The translations under genes were made by a program, and so were the position numbers. A DNA stretch of 64,000 bases, from contig OZ242214.1 of the NCBI GenBank assembly GCA_965206595.1, positions 4,384,001 to 4,448,000 of the forward strand, in the 5' to 3' direction. Under the pieces are notes generated by a model, which had not been told where the DNA came from, did no database searches, and saw only the letters and a program-made list of their open reading frames with translations. This stretch comes from Candidatus Latescibacterota bacterium. Lineage in GTDB: Bacteria > Latescibacterota > UBA2968 > UBA8231. The first letter of the stretch is position 1; every line of letters starts with the position of its first letter. Below are positions 40,721-50,486 of the stretch, piece after piece.

Positions 40721-41365
40721 CTAAAGGCCGGCGACCTTCACCCCGGTGCCGGCGAGCTGCTCCTCTACGTGGGCTACGCAGGCCTCGATCGATTTGAAAG
40801 GATGGCCGGGATATGCTTCGAGGCTGAATTCCAGGTCGTTGGGCCCGAAGGCGACCATGTCGATCCCTGGCTTGGCGAGATGCCGGGCGTTGGTCACGGC
40901 GTTCACCGACTCGAGCTGAACGATGAGGATGCCGGTTTCGTTCCACCAGCTGGCGTACTCGAGGCGCTCGCGGCCGTCGAACTTGAAGCCGTGGGCAGGA
41001 CCCCAGCTGCGCTTGCCGATAGGTGGGTAGTAGAAGGCATCTATCGCCTCGTCGATGGTCTCCACGGTCTCGACCTGGGGCACCATGATGGCCATCGGTC
41101 CGAGGTCGAGGTAGTTGCCGACGAGGAATGCGTGGCGGGTGTGCTTGATGCGCAACTGCACGGGGATGTCGAGCTCCCGGGCGGTTGCGCAGAAGGAGAC
41201 CAGGCTCTCTTCGTTGTACGGGGCGTGCTGCGCGTCCGTCGAAAACATATCGATCCCCCCGGCGGCGAACTCTTCGAGCTGTTGCCGGGTCGAGGTGAGG
41301 GGGGTCCGGACCACGGCGACATCGCCGCCCCGGTGAAGGCGCTGTTTCAGGGATTCTTCCGGCAT
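40721..41365 (-). CDS. HpcH/HpaI aldolase family protein
   Basis: DAQH, IMVPQVET, YYPPIGKRSWG, QLES and FGPNDL. Confidence 0.85.
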   Translation of the reverse strand: MPEESLKQRLHRGGDVAVVRTPLTSTRQQLEEFAAGGIDMFSTDAQHAPYNEESLVSFCATARELDIPVQLRIKHTRHAFLVGNYLDLGPMAIMVPQVETVETIDEAIDAFYYPPIGKRSWGPAHGFKFDGRERLEYASWWNETGILIVQLESVNAVTNARHLAKPGIDMVAFGPNDLEFSLEAYPGHPFKSIEACVAHVEEQLAGTGVKVAGL

Positions 41366-41411
41366 GGCGTTCTCCTTCTCTGTGAGCGGCAGCCTGCGGG
41401 TGCTGCGAACC

Positions 41412-42323
41412 TCAGCGGGCGACGCCGAAATCCGCTTCGAACTCCTCCCAGACCGCCTCGGGAATCTCGGCGGTCGCGGCCTCGACGGCGCTCTCGACCT
41501 CTTCCAGGCTGCCCGGCCCCGGCAGGACGATGCTGTCGACCGGCGCCGCCAGGCAGAACTGGATCGCCAGGTGGCGGATGTCGACGCCCCTTTCGGCACA
41601 CCACTCGAGCATCCTCGCGACCCTCGGTTCCCGCCCCGGGACCTTGCGCTGCTCTTCCGAGGCCTGCGGCACCTCGCCGGTGAGCAAGCCCATCCCCAGG
41701 GGGCTGGCGAGCTGCACGCCGACGTCGTGCTCGCGGCAGACCGGAAACATCCTGTCGCGAGCCGCCTGGGTCAGCAGGTTGTACTCGAGGTAGGTGAGCA
41801 CGACCTCGATATGGCCGGTGGCGATGGCCCGCTCCATGACGGCATCCGAGCGGGCCCCGATGCCGATGTGCCTGAGCTTGCCCTCATCCTTCATCTTCAG
41901 CAGCTCGTCGAGGGCGTTTCCGGGAGCCAGCGGGTCGAGCATTTCGTGCGACGGGAGATCCTCCGGCTGGTCGTACCCGTGAATCAGCACGGCGTCGACG
42001 TAGTCGGTCTGCATCTGCCGCAGGCTGTCCTCGAGACTGGCGCGGGTGGCGGACGCGGAGTGATCGGACTTCCGCTGCGTCATGCGGCTGACCTTCGCCT
42101 GCAGGTAGACCTTTTCCCGCCTTCCCCCGGCCAGGGCCTTGCCCCAGCGCGCCTCGTCCTGGCCGGGATAGGTGTCGAAGAAGTTGATCCCCAGCTCCAG
42201 GGCCCGGTGGATCGCCTCGATCGTTTCCCGGTCCGTACTCCGGCCCCACCAAGCCGCACCCAGCCCGATCGAATTCGGGCGCATTTCCGTGTCGCCCAGA
42301 CGGCGCTCTTCGAGTGCAGACAT
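41412..42323 (-). CDS. Aldo/keto reductase
   Basis: ALELGINFFDT, DYVDAVLIH and ASPLGMGLL. Confidence 0.9.
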   Translation of the reverse strand: MSALEERRLGDTEMRPNSIGLGAAWWGRSTDRETIEAIHRALELGINFFDTYPGQDEARWGKALAGGRREKVYLQAKVSRMTQRKSDHSASATRASLEDSLRQMQTDYVDAVLIHGYDQPEDLPSHEMLDPLAPGNALDELLKMKDEGKLRHIGIGARSDAVMERAIATGHIEVVLTYLEYNLLTQAARDRMFPVCREHDVGVQLASPLGMGLLTGEVPQASEEQRKVPGREPRVARMLEWCAERGVDIRHLAIQFCLAAPVDSIVLPGPGSLEEVESAVEAATAEIPEAVWEEFEADFGVAR

Positions 42324-42651
42324 GGGTTCCTTGGTGTTTTATGTATGGGGATTTTGGCGATAGCCGTGAAATGCGGAGGCGTAAAGTAAAGGGCCCGGAG
42401 GCCCTCCGGTCAAACCTGGGGATTGGTTCCCACCCCTTGGCAGGCGTAGCTTAAAATGCCCGTTGAAACGGTCCAGGCCGCTGCCGGTCCCGGCGGCCGC
42501 AACCCCTTTCGGTTCGTGTCCGGAATGGCTTCGACGCTTCCTGAAACCCTCGAAGATCTTTCCGAATTCCGCGTCGCGCCCGCAGCGGCCGCGCCCCTTG
42601 TTCCTGCCGCAAGGCTGCACTCCGGCGGAGGTACTCCCTGAGCGGGATCAC

Positions 42652-43137
42652 GTGCCGACAGTAGCGGAAAAGGCTGGCTTGACGAACCGGAAAAACCCGC
42701 GGCTGTGGATAATTCCCTTGCTGCTGGCGGCCTGCCAGCAGGAGGAACGGCCGCCGCTTGTGATCGAGGTGACCGGTGACGACTACTACTGGCATCTGCG
42801 TTACCCCGGGCCGGACGGGGTGCTGCACACCGGGGACGACGTCGCCGCGGTGAGCGACCTTTACCTGCCTGCCGGCGAAGCCGCGGAGATCAGGTTGACC
42901 AGCGCCGATTTCCTCTACTTGTTCGCCCTCCCCGAGCTCGGGCTGTCGCAGGTAGCGGTCCCCGATCTCTGGTTTTCACTCCCCCTGAAAGTGGACATGG
43001 AAAAGGACTACCGGCTCGAAGGAGACCAGATGTGCGGCTTCAGCCACGATTCCCTGATGGGAACCCTGTACGTGCAATCGCGGCGGGACTACGACGACTG
43101 GATGCGGCGCGCCGCCGAGGAGGGGGAGCCGGAATGA
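42652..43137 (+). CDS. Cupredoxin, cytochrome c oxidase subunit II-like (lipo)protein
   Basis: LLLAAC, IEVTGDDYYWHLRYPG and QMCGFSH. Start is approximate. Confidence 0.7.
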   Translation: MPTVAEKAGLTNRKNPRLWIIPLLLAACQQEERPPLVIEVTGDDYYWHLRYPGPDGVLHTGDDVAAVSDLYLPAGEAAEIRLTSADFLYLFALPELGLSQVAVPDLWFSLPLKVDMEKDYRLEGDQMCGFSHDSLMGTLYVQSRRDYDDWMRRAAEEGEPE

Positions 43138-45071
43138 GCATCCGGTCCTTCTATTTGGAAAGGGGAATCCTCGCCATCCTGTCGGCGCCCCTCCTCGCCG
43201 GGCCCACCCGGGCGGCGGAGCGCACCGTGGTCCCGTACCCCCCCGAGGTCGCGGCCCCCGAGTGGGTCGAGAGCCGCCGGGCGCGCCAGTTGGAGAGCCG
43301 CCATCGCTTCGAGGCATATATCGATTTCAGCTTCGCCGACCGCCGGGAAGAGACAGGGATCACCTTTGCCAACGTCTCCACCAGCGACACCGGCAAGCGC
43401 TACAAGGCCTCCCACTACGACCACGGCAACGGCATTGCGGTCGCCGACGCCGACGGCGACGGCCTCCCCGACATCTACTTCTCCAACATGGCAGCGGCCA
43501 ACGAGCTGTGGCGCAACGCCGGCTCCGGGCGCTTCGAGGCGGTCCCTTCGGAAGTCCTGGCCCTGTCGCAGGCGATCGGGGTGGCGGCTTCCTTCGCCGA
43601 CGTCGACAACGACGGCGACCCCGACCTGTTCGCGACCACTGTCCGGGGCGGAAACTACCTGTTCGAGAACGGCGGACTAGGTGAGTTCGCCGACGTCACC
43701 CGGCGGGCGGGCCTGGAGTACGAAGGGCACTCCTCGGCCGCGGTGTTTTTCGACTACGATCTCGACGGCATGCTCGACCTGTTCGTCGCCAACGTCGGCG
43801 TTTTCACCACGGAAACCGTCGTCACCGCTCCCCTCGATGCCCTGCACCCCGGCACCCCGGGGGAGTACACCTACTTCGAGGCCCACCCGGACGCCTTTGC
43901 CGGGCACCTCAAGCCGGAGCGGAACGAGCCCTCCATTCTGTACAGGAACAGGGACGGCTCGACGTTCGCGGACGTCACCTCGGCAATGGGGCTGGTCGAT
44001 TCGAGCTGGGCAGGGGCGGCGACGCCGATCGATGCCGACGAGGACGGGTGGATCGACCTCTACGTGCTCGACATGCAGGGGCACGACGAGTATTTCGAGA
44101 ACCGCGGGGGCAAGCGGTTCGCCAGGAAGAGCCGCGATGTCTTTCCGCACACGCCGTGGGGCTCGATGGGAGTCAAGGTCTTCGACTACGACAACGACGG
44201 CATGCTCGACCTCTTCGTCAGCGACATGCACTCCGACATGAGCGCCGAGGTCGGGCCCTGGGACGAGAAGTGGAAGGCGAGCATGCAGTTCCCCGAATCC
44301 TTCCTCCTCAGCGGCGGCTTGAGCCTTTACGGCAACGCCTTCTACCGGAAGACCGGCCCCGGCAGCTACGAGGAGATCTCCGACGCGGCCGGCGCCGAAA
44401 ACTACTGGCCCTGGGGCCTGAGCACGGGCGACCTGAACGCCGACGGCTTCGCGGACGTGTTCCTCGCCTCGAGCATGAACTACCCGTTCCGCTACGGGGT
44501 CAACACCGTGCTGATCAACAACCGGGGCTCGGGGTTTCTCGACAGCGAGTACCTGCTCGGGGTAGAGCCCCGCAAGGCTGGTGTCACCTCCAGGCCCTGG
44601 TTCTACCTCGACTGCGGCGGGGCCGACGCAGGCCACAAGCACTGCGAGGGGCAGGATGGCGTGGTCGAGGTCTGGGCAGCTGTCGGCACGCGCTCGTCGG
44701 CGATCTTCGACTTCGACGGGGACGGGGATCTCGACATCGTCACCAACGAATTCAACGACAGGCCGATGGTGCTGGTCAGCGATCTGTCCGAACGCCGGCC
44801 AATCCGCTTCCTCGAGGTGCGTCTGCGGGGCCGCAGCTCCAACCGGGACGGCCTCGGCGCAAGGGTCGAGGTCACCGCGGGGGGAAGGCGCTACACCAAG
44901 GTCAACGACGGGCAGTCCGGGTACCTGTCACAGAGCAGCCTGCCGCTCTATTTTGGCCTCGGCGACGCCGGCAGGGTCGATCTCGTCGAAGTGACCTGGC
45001 CTGGCGGAGGGAAGCAGTCGCTCGCCGAAGTCGACTGCAACCAGACGGTCGTCATCGAAGAGAACCAGTAG
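43134..45071 (+). CDS. CRTAC1-family protein (FG-GAP/VCBS repeats plus ASPIC/UnbV)
   Basis: Many DxDxDGxxD repeats and SNRDGLGARV...GYLSQSSLPLYFGLG. Confidence 0.92.
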   Translation: MSIRSFYLERGILAILSAPLLAGPTRAAERTVVPYPPEVAAPEWVESRRARQLESRHRFEAYIDFSFADRREETGITFANVSTSDTGKRYKASHYDHGNGIAVADADGDGLPDIYFSNMAAANELWRNAGSGRFEAVPSEVLALSQAIGVAASFADVDNDGDPDLFATTVRGGNYLFENGGLGEFADVTRRAGLEYEGHSSAAVFFDYDLDGMLDLFVANVGVFTTETVVTAPLDALHPGTPGEYTYFEAHPDAFAGHLKPERNEPSILYRNRDGSTFADVTSAMGLVDSSWAGAATPIDADEDGWIDLYVLDMQGHDEYFENRGGKRFARKSRDVFPHTPWGSMGVKVFDYDNDGMLDLFVSDMHSDMSAEVGPWDEKWKASMQFPESFLLSGGLSLYGNAFYRKTGPGSYEEISDAAGAENYWPWGLSTGDLNADGFADVFLASSMNYPFRYGVNTVLINNRGSGFLDSEYLLGVEPRKAGVTSRPWFYLDCGGADAGHKHCEGQDGVVEVWAAVGTRSSAIFDFDGDGDLDIVTNEFNDRPMVLVSDLSERRPIRFLEVRLRGRSSNRDGLGARVEVTAGGRRYTKVNDGQSGYLSQSSLPLYFGLGDAGRVDLVEVTWPGGGKQSLAEVDCNQTVVIEENQ

Positions 45072-45100
45072 CAGCATCACCCACTCATCGGGAGAAAGCC

Positions 45101-45304
45101 ATGTTCACCCTGATTCAGCTCCTGCCGCTGCGGCAACTCCTGCTGCTGCAGCTGCCCGCCTTCACCGTTTCCTTCGTCATCGCCGAGACGTTTTTCAAGT
45201 TCCACAGCTTCGCGCTCGAGACGGTCGCCTTCCTGGCGACCTGGTTCGCCTTCGACGGGGCCATCCGCCTGGGGGCCGCGGCCCTGCAGCGCTGGAAATC
45301 GTGA
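45101..45304 (+). CDS. Small membrane protein
   Basis: GGAG RBS and hydrophobic 67 aa with IAETFFKFHSFALE. Confidence 0.7.
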   Translation: MFTLIQLLPLRQLLLLQLPAFTVSFVIAETFFKFHSFALETVAFLATWFAFDGAIRLGAAALQRWKS

Positions 45305-46155
45305 GCGTCCCCGACAAGGGGATCGAGCGCCACCTCGCCCGCCTCGAGGTCGAGGGATTCTGCATAATCGAGGAGGTGATCCCGGCCTCCGGGGTCGTCG
45401 CCGTTCGCGACGCGGTGCTGGCCGCGGTGGAGTCGGTAGCCGAAGAGACCCTCGCCAAGGCCGCGGCGGTGCGCGCCAAGGGGCATCGCCTAAACGCGCT
45501 GGGGGTGCAAGCGGTCCCCGGGCTGCTCAACCTCGACCAGTCGGCGGCCCCCTGGCTCGCCGAGCCGCGGATCATGGCGATCGCCCGGGCGCTGTTCGGC
45601 GACTGGGTGCGCCTCAGCAACACCAGCGGACTGGTCAACTATCCGGGCAACGACCGCGCCTACTGGCACGCGGACTGGCCCTACAACCAGACCAACGCCG
45701 CCCACATCCCAGCGCCGTACCCCGACGAGGTGATGAAGTTGTCTTCGCTCTGGATGTTGTCGGAGTTCTCGCCGCGCACCGGGGGCACGCTGGTGGTTCC
45801 CGGCAGCCATCGCGCCCGCAACAACCCTTCCGGCGGGGACGGGGTGTTCGACCGCGAGCAGCCGCACCCTTCCGAACTGCAGATTTCCGGCAGCCCCGGA
45901 TGCGTCATGCTGTTCGACAGCCGCCTGTGGCACTGCGTCGCCCGCAACCTCAGCGACGAGCCGCGGGTGGCGATGAACGTCGGCTACCTGCCCTGGTGGC
46001 TCAGCATCGAGCCGACGCGGGAGAGCTCCCCCGATTTCGTCCGCATGGTGGTCGAGTCGGAGGGCAAGCCGAACATCACCCCCGATGTGCGGCCGGATGT
46101 GTACGAGCGGCTGCCCGAAGAGGTGAAGCCGCTAGTGCGGCACCTGGTAGCGTAG
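45301..46155 (+). CDS. Phytanoyl-CoA dioxygenase family protein
   Basis: WHADWP, GGTLVVPGSH and FDSRLWH. Confidence 0.9.
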   Translation: MSVPDKGIERHLARLEVEGFCIIEEVIPASGVVAVRDAVLAAVESVAEETLAKAAAVRAKGHRLNALGVQAVPGLLNLDQSAAPWLAEPRIMAIARALFGDWVRLSNTSGLVNYPGNDRAYWHADWPYNQTNAAHIPAPYPDEVMKLSSLWMLSEFSPRTGGTLVVPGSHRARNNPSGGDGVFDREQPHPSELQISGSPGCVMLFDSRLWHCVARNLSDEPRVAMNVGYLPWWLSIEPTRESSPDFVRMVVESEGKPNITPDVRPDVYERLPEEVKPLVRHLVA

Positions 46156-46483
46156 TGCCTGCGCGCGCAATTCCGCGTCAATTCGGCCGCCCTCGCTCAT
46201 ACGCCTGCTTACGCGCCCAGGTATTAGCAGAGGACCCTGCTACCCCGGCGGGAGCTGTCGCGGCTGAGGGCCGATTCGTCATGGGATGCATCAAACCCTC
46301 AGATGTTCGACAGGGAACCGGCTCGAGCCGTGAATCCCCCGGAGAACCGCACCGCATTCCGGCGGCCCGATTCACTGCCACTGCCGGCCTCACAGAGATC
46401 GAAACCTCCCCTTGGCGCAAGGCCACAGGACAAAGCCCCGCGGTCCACCCGGCACTGAAACGAAAACAGCATCCACATAAGCG

Positions 46484-47656
46484 ATGATCGAATCCTTCGA
46501 CTATTTCTTTGGCGGCCACGTCGAGATGACGGACATGGGCTTCGCCGGCCTGCGCGTCGACGACCGCATCGAGAGCGACGGGCACCTGGCGACGGTGTTC
46601 GACGAAGCCCTGTCCATGGCGCAGCTGATGGAGCCGCTGAACTACGACACCCTGTGGCTGGCCGAGCACCACTTCCAGCGCGAGGGGTACGGGGGTATCG
46701 GCAACATCCCGCTGCTGAGCGTCTGGCTCGCCGGCAAGACGGAGCGGCTCAAGTTCGGAGCGATGTTCAACACGGTGCCGGCCTGGCACCCCTTGCGGCT
46801 GGCCGAGGACTTCGCCGCAGCCGACATCCTCACCAACGGCCGGGTGCGCTTCGGCATCGGCCGCGGTTACATCAACCGCGAGGTCGAGACCCTGGGGTCC
46901 CCCCTCGACGACGACGAGGCCAACCGCGAGCGCTTCGAGGAACAGGTCGACGTCATCTTCAAGGCCTGGAACGAGCAGAGCTTCTCGCACCGGGGAAGGC
47001 ATTTCGACATCCCGCCGAGGGTCATCTACCGCGAACAGGAGCTGGAAGAGCTCACCTTGGTCCCGCGCCCGCGGACCCTGCCGGTCGAGTGCTGGCAGCC
47101 GATCTTCAGCGTCAGTCCGCGCGGCATCGACTTCATGATGAAGCACGGAATCAAGGGGGTCGTGCCGGGAGGCGGGCGCGTCGACGAGATCGCCCGCAAG
47201 TGGCAGGCGGCGCACGCCGAGCGCGGCCGCGACACCGAGCTGGGGGAGGACCTGGCGCTGGTGCTGCAGGTGATGCTCGGCGACACCGAGGAGGAGGCGA
47301 TAGCCGAGGCAGAGGTCTGGTTCGAGGAGCAGCTCAAGGTGCTGTCGCCGCTCGACAGGATGCCGTTTCTCAAGCGGGAGCAGATCCTGGCGACCTACGA
47401 TCCGCAGAAGGCGCCGCAAGCCGGCCTGCCGACGGTGCGCGACCTGCAGCGCGACGGCGCCTGGATCTGCGGGCCGCCGGAGCTGGTGTACGAACGGATC
47501 TGCGACTACCAGGAGCGGCTGCCCGGGCTGCGGCGGGTCTCGGTGGGAGCCGGGGCACTGGCGATTCCGCCGAGCGTGCTCAGGCGCAACATCGAGTGGT
47601 TCGGCCGGGAGGTGCTGCCGAGATTCGACGGCGCCGCCGCGGCCGCGGCGGGTTGA
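46484..47656 (+). CDS. LLM-class flavin-dependent oxidoreductase
   Basis: WLAEHHF, WHPLRLAED and GRVRFGIGRG. Confidence 0.92.
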   Translation: MIESFDYFFGGHVEMTDMGFAGLRVDDRIESDGHLATVFDEALSMAQLMEPLNYDTLWLAEHHFQREGYGGIGNIPLLSVWLAGKTERLKFGAMFNTVPAWHPLRLAEDFAAADILTNGRVRFGIGRGYINREVETLGSPLDDDEANRERFEEQVDVIFKAWNEQSFSHRGRHFDIPPRVIYREQELEELTLVPRPRTLPVECWQPIFSVSPRGIDFMMKHGIKGVVPGGGRVDEIARKWQAAHAERGRDTELGEDLALVLQVMLGDTEEEAIAEAEVWFEEQLKVLSPLDRMPFLKREQILATYDPQKAPQAGLPTVRDLQRDGAWICGPPELVYERICDYQERLPGLRRVSVGAGALAIPPSVLRRNIEWFGREVLPRFDGAAAAAAG

Positions 47657-47664
47657 GGATAATC

Positions 47665-48501
47665 ATGGAACAACAGGACCGGACCAACAGAACCAAGGCG
47701 GCCGCCGCCCGCGGCGAGACCGTCTTCGTCCCCGAGATCAACCGGATTTTCGATCCGGTGGTCATCGAGCTGATCGCCGAGGCCGGGTACCGCTGCGCCT
47801 GGGTCGACATGGAGCACTCCCACGCCAGCCTGGACAAGCTGTCGTCGATGATCCTGGCGGCGCGCACCGTCGGCCTCGACCTCTTCGTGCGCATACCGAA
47901 GGGGCCGTACAACCAGGTGATCAAACCGCTCGAGCTCGGTGCCGCCGGCCTGATCTGGCCGCACTGCCGCAGCGCCGAGGAGGCGCGCCGGTTCGTCAGC
48001 ATGGGGAAGTTTCAGCCGCTCGGCCTGCGCGGCATGGGGGGCGGCCGCGACTCCCGCTACGGCGCCGACGATACCGCCGAGTACCTCGACCGCGCCAACG
48101 AGCAGACGCTGCTCGGGGTGATGATCGAGGATGCGGAAGGGGTGGAGGTGGTCGAGGAGATCGCCGCGGTCCCCGGGATCGACCTGTTGTTCGTCGGGCC
48201 CGGAGATCTCTCCCACAGCTGCGGCACCATCCGCGAGCCGGGAAAGCCGCACCTGCACGCCCCGGTGCTGGCCGCCTACGAGCGCGTCGGCGCCGCCTGC
48301 CGGACCAACGGCAAGGTGATGGGCACCGCGGTCGACCCGGGCGCGGAGATGGCCGAAGTCGTGAAACGCGGGGTGCGCTGGCTCAACTGCTGCCACGAGC
48401 TGCGCGCCGTCACCGCCGGGTACGGAAGCACCCTCGCGGAAACCCGAACAATCGTCGACAACCATTCGGCAGCAGCGAAAAGCGAAAGGAGCAACCCGTG
48501 A
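47665..48501 (+). CDS. HpcH/HpaI aldolase family protein
   Basis: WVDMEH, PLGLRG, MIED and LFVGPGDLS; ATG at 47665. Confidence 0.9.
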   Translation: MEQQDRTNRTKAAAARGETVFVPEINRIFDPVVIELIAEAGYRCAWVDMEHSHASLDKLSSMILAARTVGLDLFVRIPKGPYNQVIKPLELGAAGLIWPHCRSAEEARRFVSMGKFQPLGLRGMGGGRDSRYGADDTAEYLDRANEQTLLGVMIEDAEGVEVVEEIAAVPGIDLLFVGPGDLSHSCGTIREPGKPHLHAPVLAAYERVGAACRTNGKVMGTAVDPGAEMAEVVKRGVRWLNCCHELRAVTAGYGSTLAETRTIVDNHSAAAKSERSNP

Positions 48502-49175
48502 ACCTTGTCTTCGTCGGCATCGAGTACACCGGCAAATCGACGCTGGCCGCGGAAGTGATGGAGTGGGCGGAGCAGACCCTGGGCGGCGCCAGCCATTTCC
48601 ACGACCACTTCAGCATCCCCTCGAGCGAGCTGACTCCCGAAGCCCAGGAATCGGCGAAGAACACGCACCCCCAGTTCCTCGAGATGTTCCAGCGCTTCTC
48701 GCTGACCTACCACCTCGACCCCGGCTTCTACGGCGCCCCCGACCACAACCTCATGGGATTCGTGATCGAGGAGGCGGTGTACGCCCCGCTCTACTACGGG
48801 TACGGCGGCCCCGACAGCCAGTCGCCGCAGCGCAGCCCGGGGGGCCAGCGCACCGAGATGGCCCGCTTCTTCGAGGCCAAGATGCTGCAGAAAGCCCCGG
48901 ACACGGTGCTGGTGCTGTTCAAGGCGGACCCGGCGGTGATCCGCCGGCGCATGCGGGAGGCGCCGCACACCCACCAGATCGTCCGGGACGAGGACGTCGA
49001 GCACGTGCTGGCGCGGTTCGAGGAGGAGTTCGAGGCCTCGCTGATCCGCAAGCGGATCGTCCTCGACACCTCGACCGCGACCGTGCAGGAGACCCTGGCC
49101 GAGTTCGTGGAGAAGCACCTGCCGTTCTACAGCAACGCCGACCTGCTGCGGCTGCACCAGCGGGCCGGCGGGTGA
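48498..49175 (+). CDS. P-loop kinase (thymidylate/NMP-kinase-like)
   Basis: N-terminal GIEYTGKST. Confidence 0.7.
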   Translation: MNLVFVGIEYTGKSTLAAEVMEWAEQTLGGASHFHDHFSIPSSELTPEAQESAKNTHPQFLEMFQRFSLTYHLDPGFYGAPDHNLMGFVIEEAVYAPLYYGYGGPDSQSPQRSPGGQRTEMARFFEAKMLQKAPDTVLVLFKADPAVIRRRMREAPHTHQIVRDEDVEHVLARFEEEFEASLIRKRIVLDTSTATVQETLAEFVEKHLPFYSNADLLRLHQRAGG

Positions 49176-49178
49176 CGC

Positions 49179-49672
49179 GGCCGCAAAAATCAGCTTGGCC
49201 TCGGCCGCAGCGACTTCCGTTGAACCAGAACAGGAGATCGTCATGCAGTTTTGCTATCCCGCACGGGCTCCATCCCGATCGCTCCGGCACGATCATCGTC
49301 TCGTTCCGGAACTTCCCCGAATGTCTCACATCCGGCGCCGACAAGGACTCCGCTCTAGTGGAGGCTCGCGACGCGCTCGAGGAGGCGGTTGCCGGCCGCA
49401 TCGACGACGAGGAGCCCATCCCGGTGCCGAGCCCGCGGCGTGCCGGCGAGCAACTCGTCGCCGTGCCGCCCGACATGGCTGCGAAGGCCGCCTTCGCCCT
49501 CGCGTTCCGCGCCAGCGGGCTTTCGCGCCTTGCTTTCGCTCGCCGCCTCGGCGTCAACGAAAAAGTCGTGCGGCGCATGCTCGATCCGCGTCACCACACG
49601 GCAGCCAACCGAATTCACAAAGCTCTGCGCGCCCTCGGTCAGGAACTCATCGTGGAGTCTCGTGCCGCGTAA
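49179..49672 (+). pseudogene. hicB: Broken hicAB: probable hicA 3' remnant (49179-49223) and frameshifted hicB (ATG 49243)
   Basis: MQFCYPAR plus one extra G joins LHPDRSGTIIVSFRNFPECLTSG...EARDALEEAV...IPVPS and a C-terminal HTH. Upstream KNQLGLGRSDFR* resembles a HicA end. Confidence 0.75.
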
Positions 49673-49682
49673 TACTTAAACT

Positions 49683-50486
49683 TTAAACCTGCAACACTGA
49701 ATCCTCGTTGTGGCCTTGCGGTTCGGGGTTTTCTACTCCATAGAGCAACTTCCCTATGAGTTCAGATGCTCGCACATCGAAATCCTTCTCGTGCAGGAGC
49801 GCGGCCCAGGAATCGAGATATTCCCTGAACGTCACATTAGCGCTTGGGTCCCAGTGGTCCAGCCAGCCACAATCGCGCCATAGGGAAGGATCTTCTATAA
49901 ACCGATCCAGCAGAAGAACGGCTATCGTACCGTTGAGTTTGCGCTCGTAGGGATACGCTTCTAGGGAATCGATGTTTTCGCTCAGCCATTTCTGAGAATC
50001 GCCAGAGCAAATGCGAGGATATTTTGCGGCCGTATCGTCGGCGTATGCCCTGAAATGTGGTGCAAATTCGACCGCGTCAATAATCTCGGCAGAGGGATGT
50101 TCTTTCCAGACCGTTGCGAGTCGATGCAGAACGAAGAGGGACGCTAGCTCGCAGAGGCTCTCCTCGAACCACTTGTGTTTGTGTTCCCTGTGGCGATCAA
50201 AGTTGGTCATCACGTGACATAGTTCGTGAGAGAACTGGTACACGTACTGACACCAGTACGTGTCGCGTGCGCTGATCCTGATCTCGTATGGCCGAAAGCC
50301 GTAGAATACGCGAGGGGCTTGGTTCCACCTAGCTACGCCGACCGGGGCGTCGGGAAGTTTTCCGAATGCATCCAACAAGACGTCAAATGCAGATTTCAGA
50401 ACCGCATGTACCGTGCGGAGGCTTGTTCCTCCCCAGTTGCCGTTTGCTATGATCAAGAGGGGAGAAGCTGTCACGTCGGCCATCAC
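49683..50486 (-). CDS. Putative zinc metallopeptidase (HExxH)
   Basis: YQFSHELCHV...WFEESLCE gluzincin-like pattern; ATGA overlap with the ATPase. Confidence 0.65.
   Translation of the reverse strand: MMADVTASPLLIIANGNWGGTSLRTVHAVLKSAFDVLLDAFGKLPDAPVGVARWNQAPRVFYGFRPYEIRISARDTYWCQYVYQFSHELCHVMTNFDRHREHKHKWFEESLCELASLFVLHRLATVWKEHPSAEIIDAVEFAPHFRAYADDTAAKYPRICSGDSQKWLSENIDSLEAYPYERKLNGTIAVLLLDRFIEDPSLWRDCGWLDHWDPSANVTFREYLDSWAALLHEKDFDVRASELIGKLLYGVENPEPQGHNEDSVLQV

Noticed and set aside
46156-46483. Intergenic hairpins (TAGCAG..CTGCTA; CTGAGGG..CCCTCAG) as a riboswitch or ncRNA
   Set aside because: I could not match any known riboswitch consensus, and short stems are expected in GC-rich DNA. 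An Rfam scan would be needed.
46654-47664. Apparent long N-terminal fusion on the HpcH aldolase (likewise the ORFs starting at 57421, 48563, 44048 and the 30090 start)
   Set aside because: Off-frame open stretches overlapping genuine upstream genes; the real starts lie downstream.
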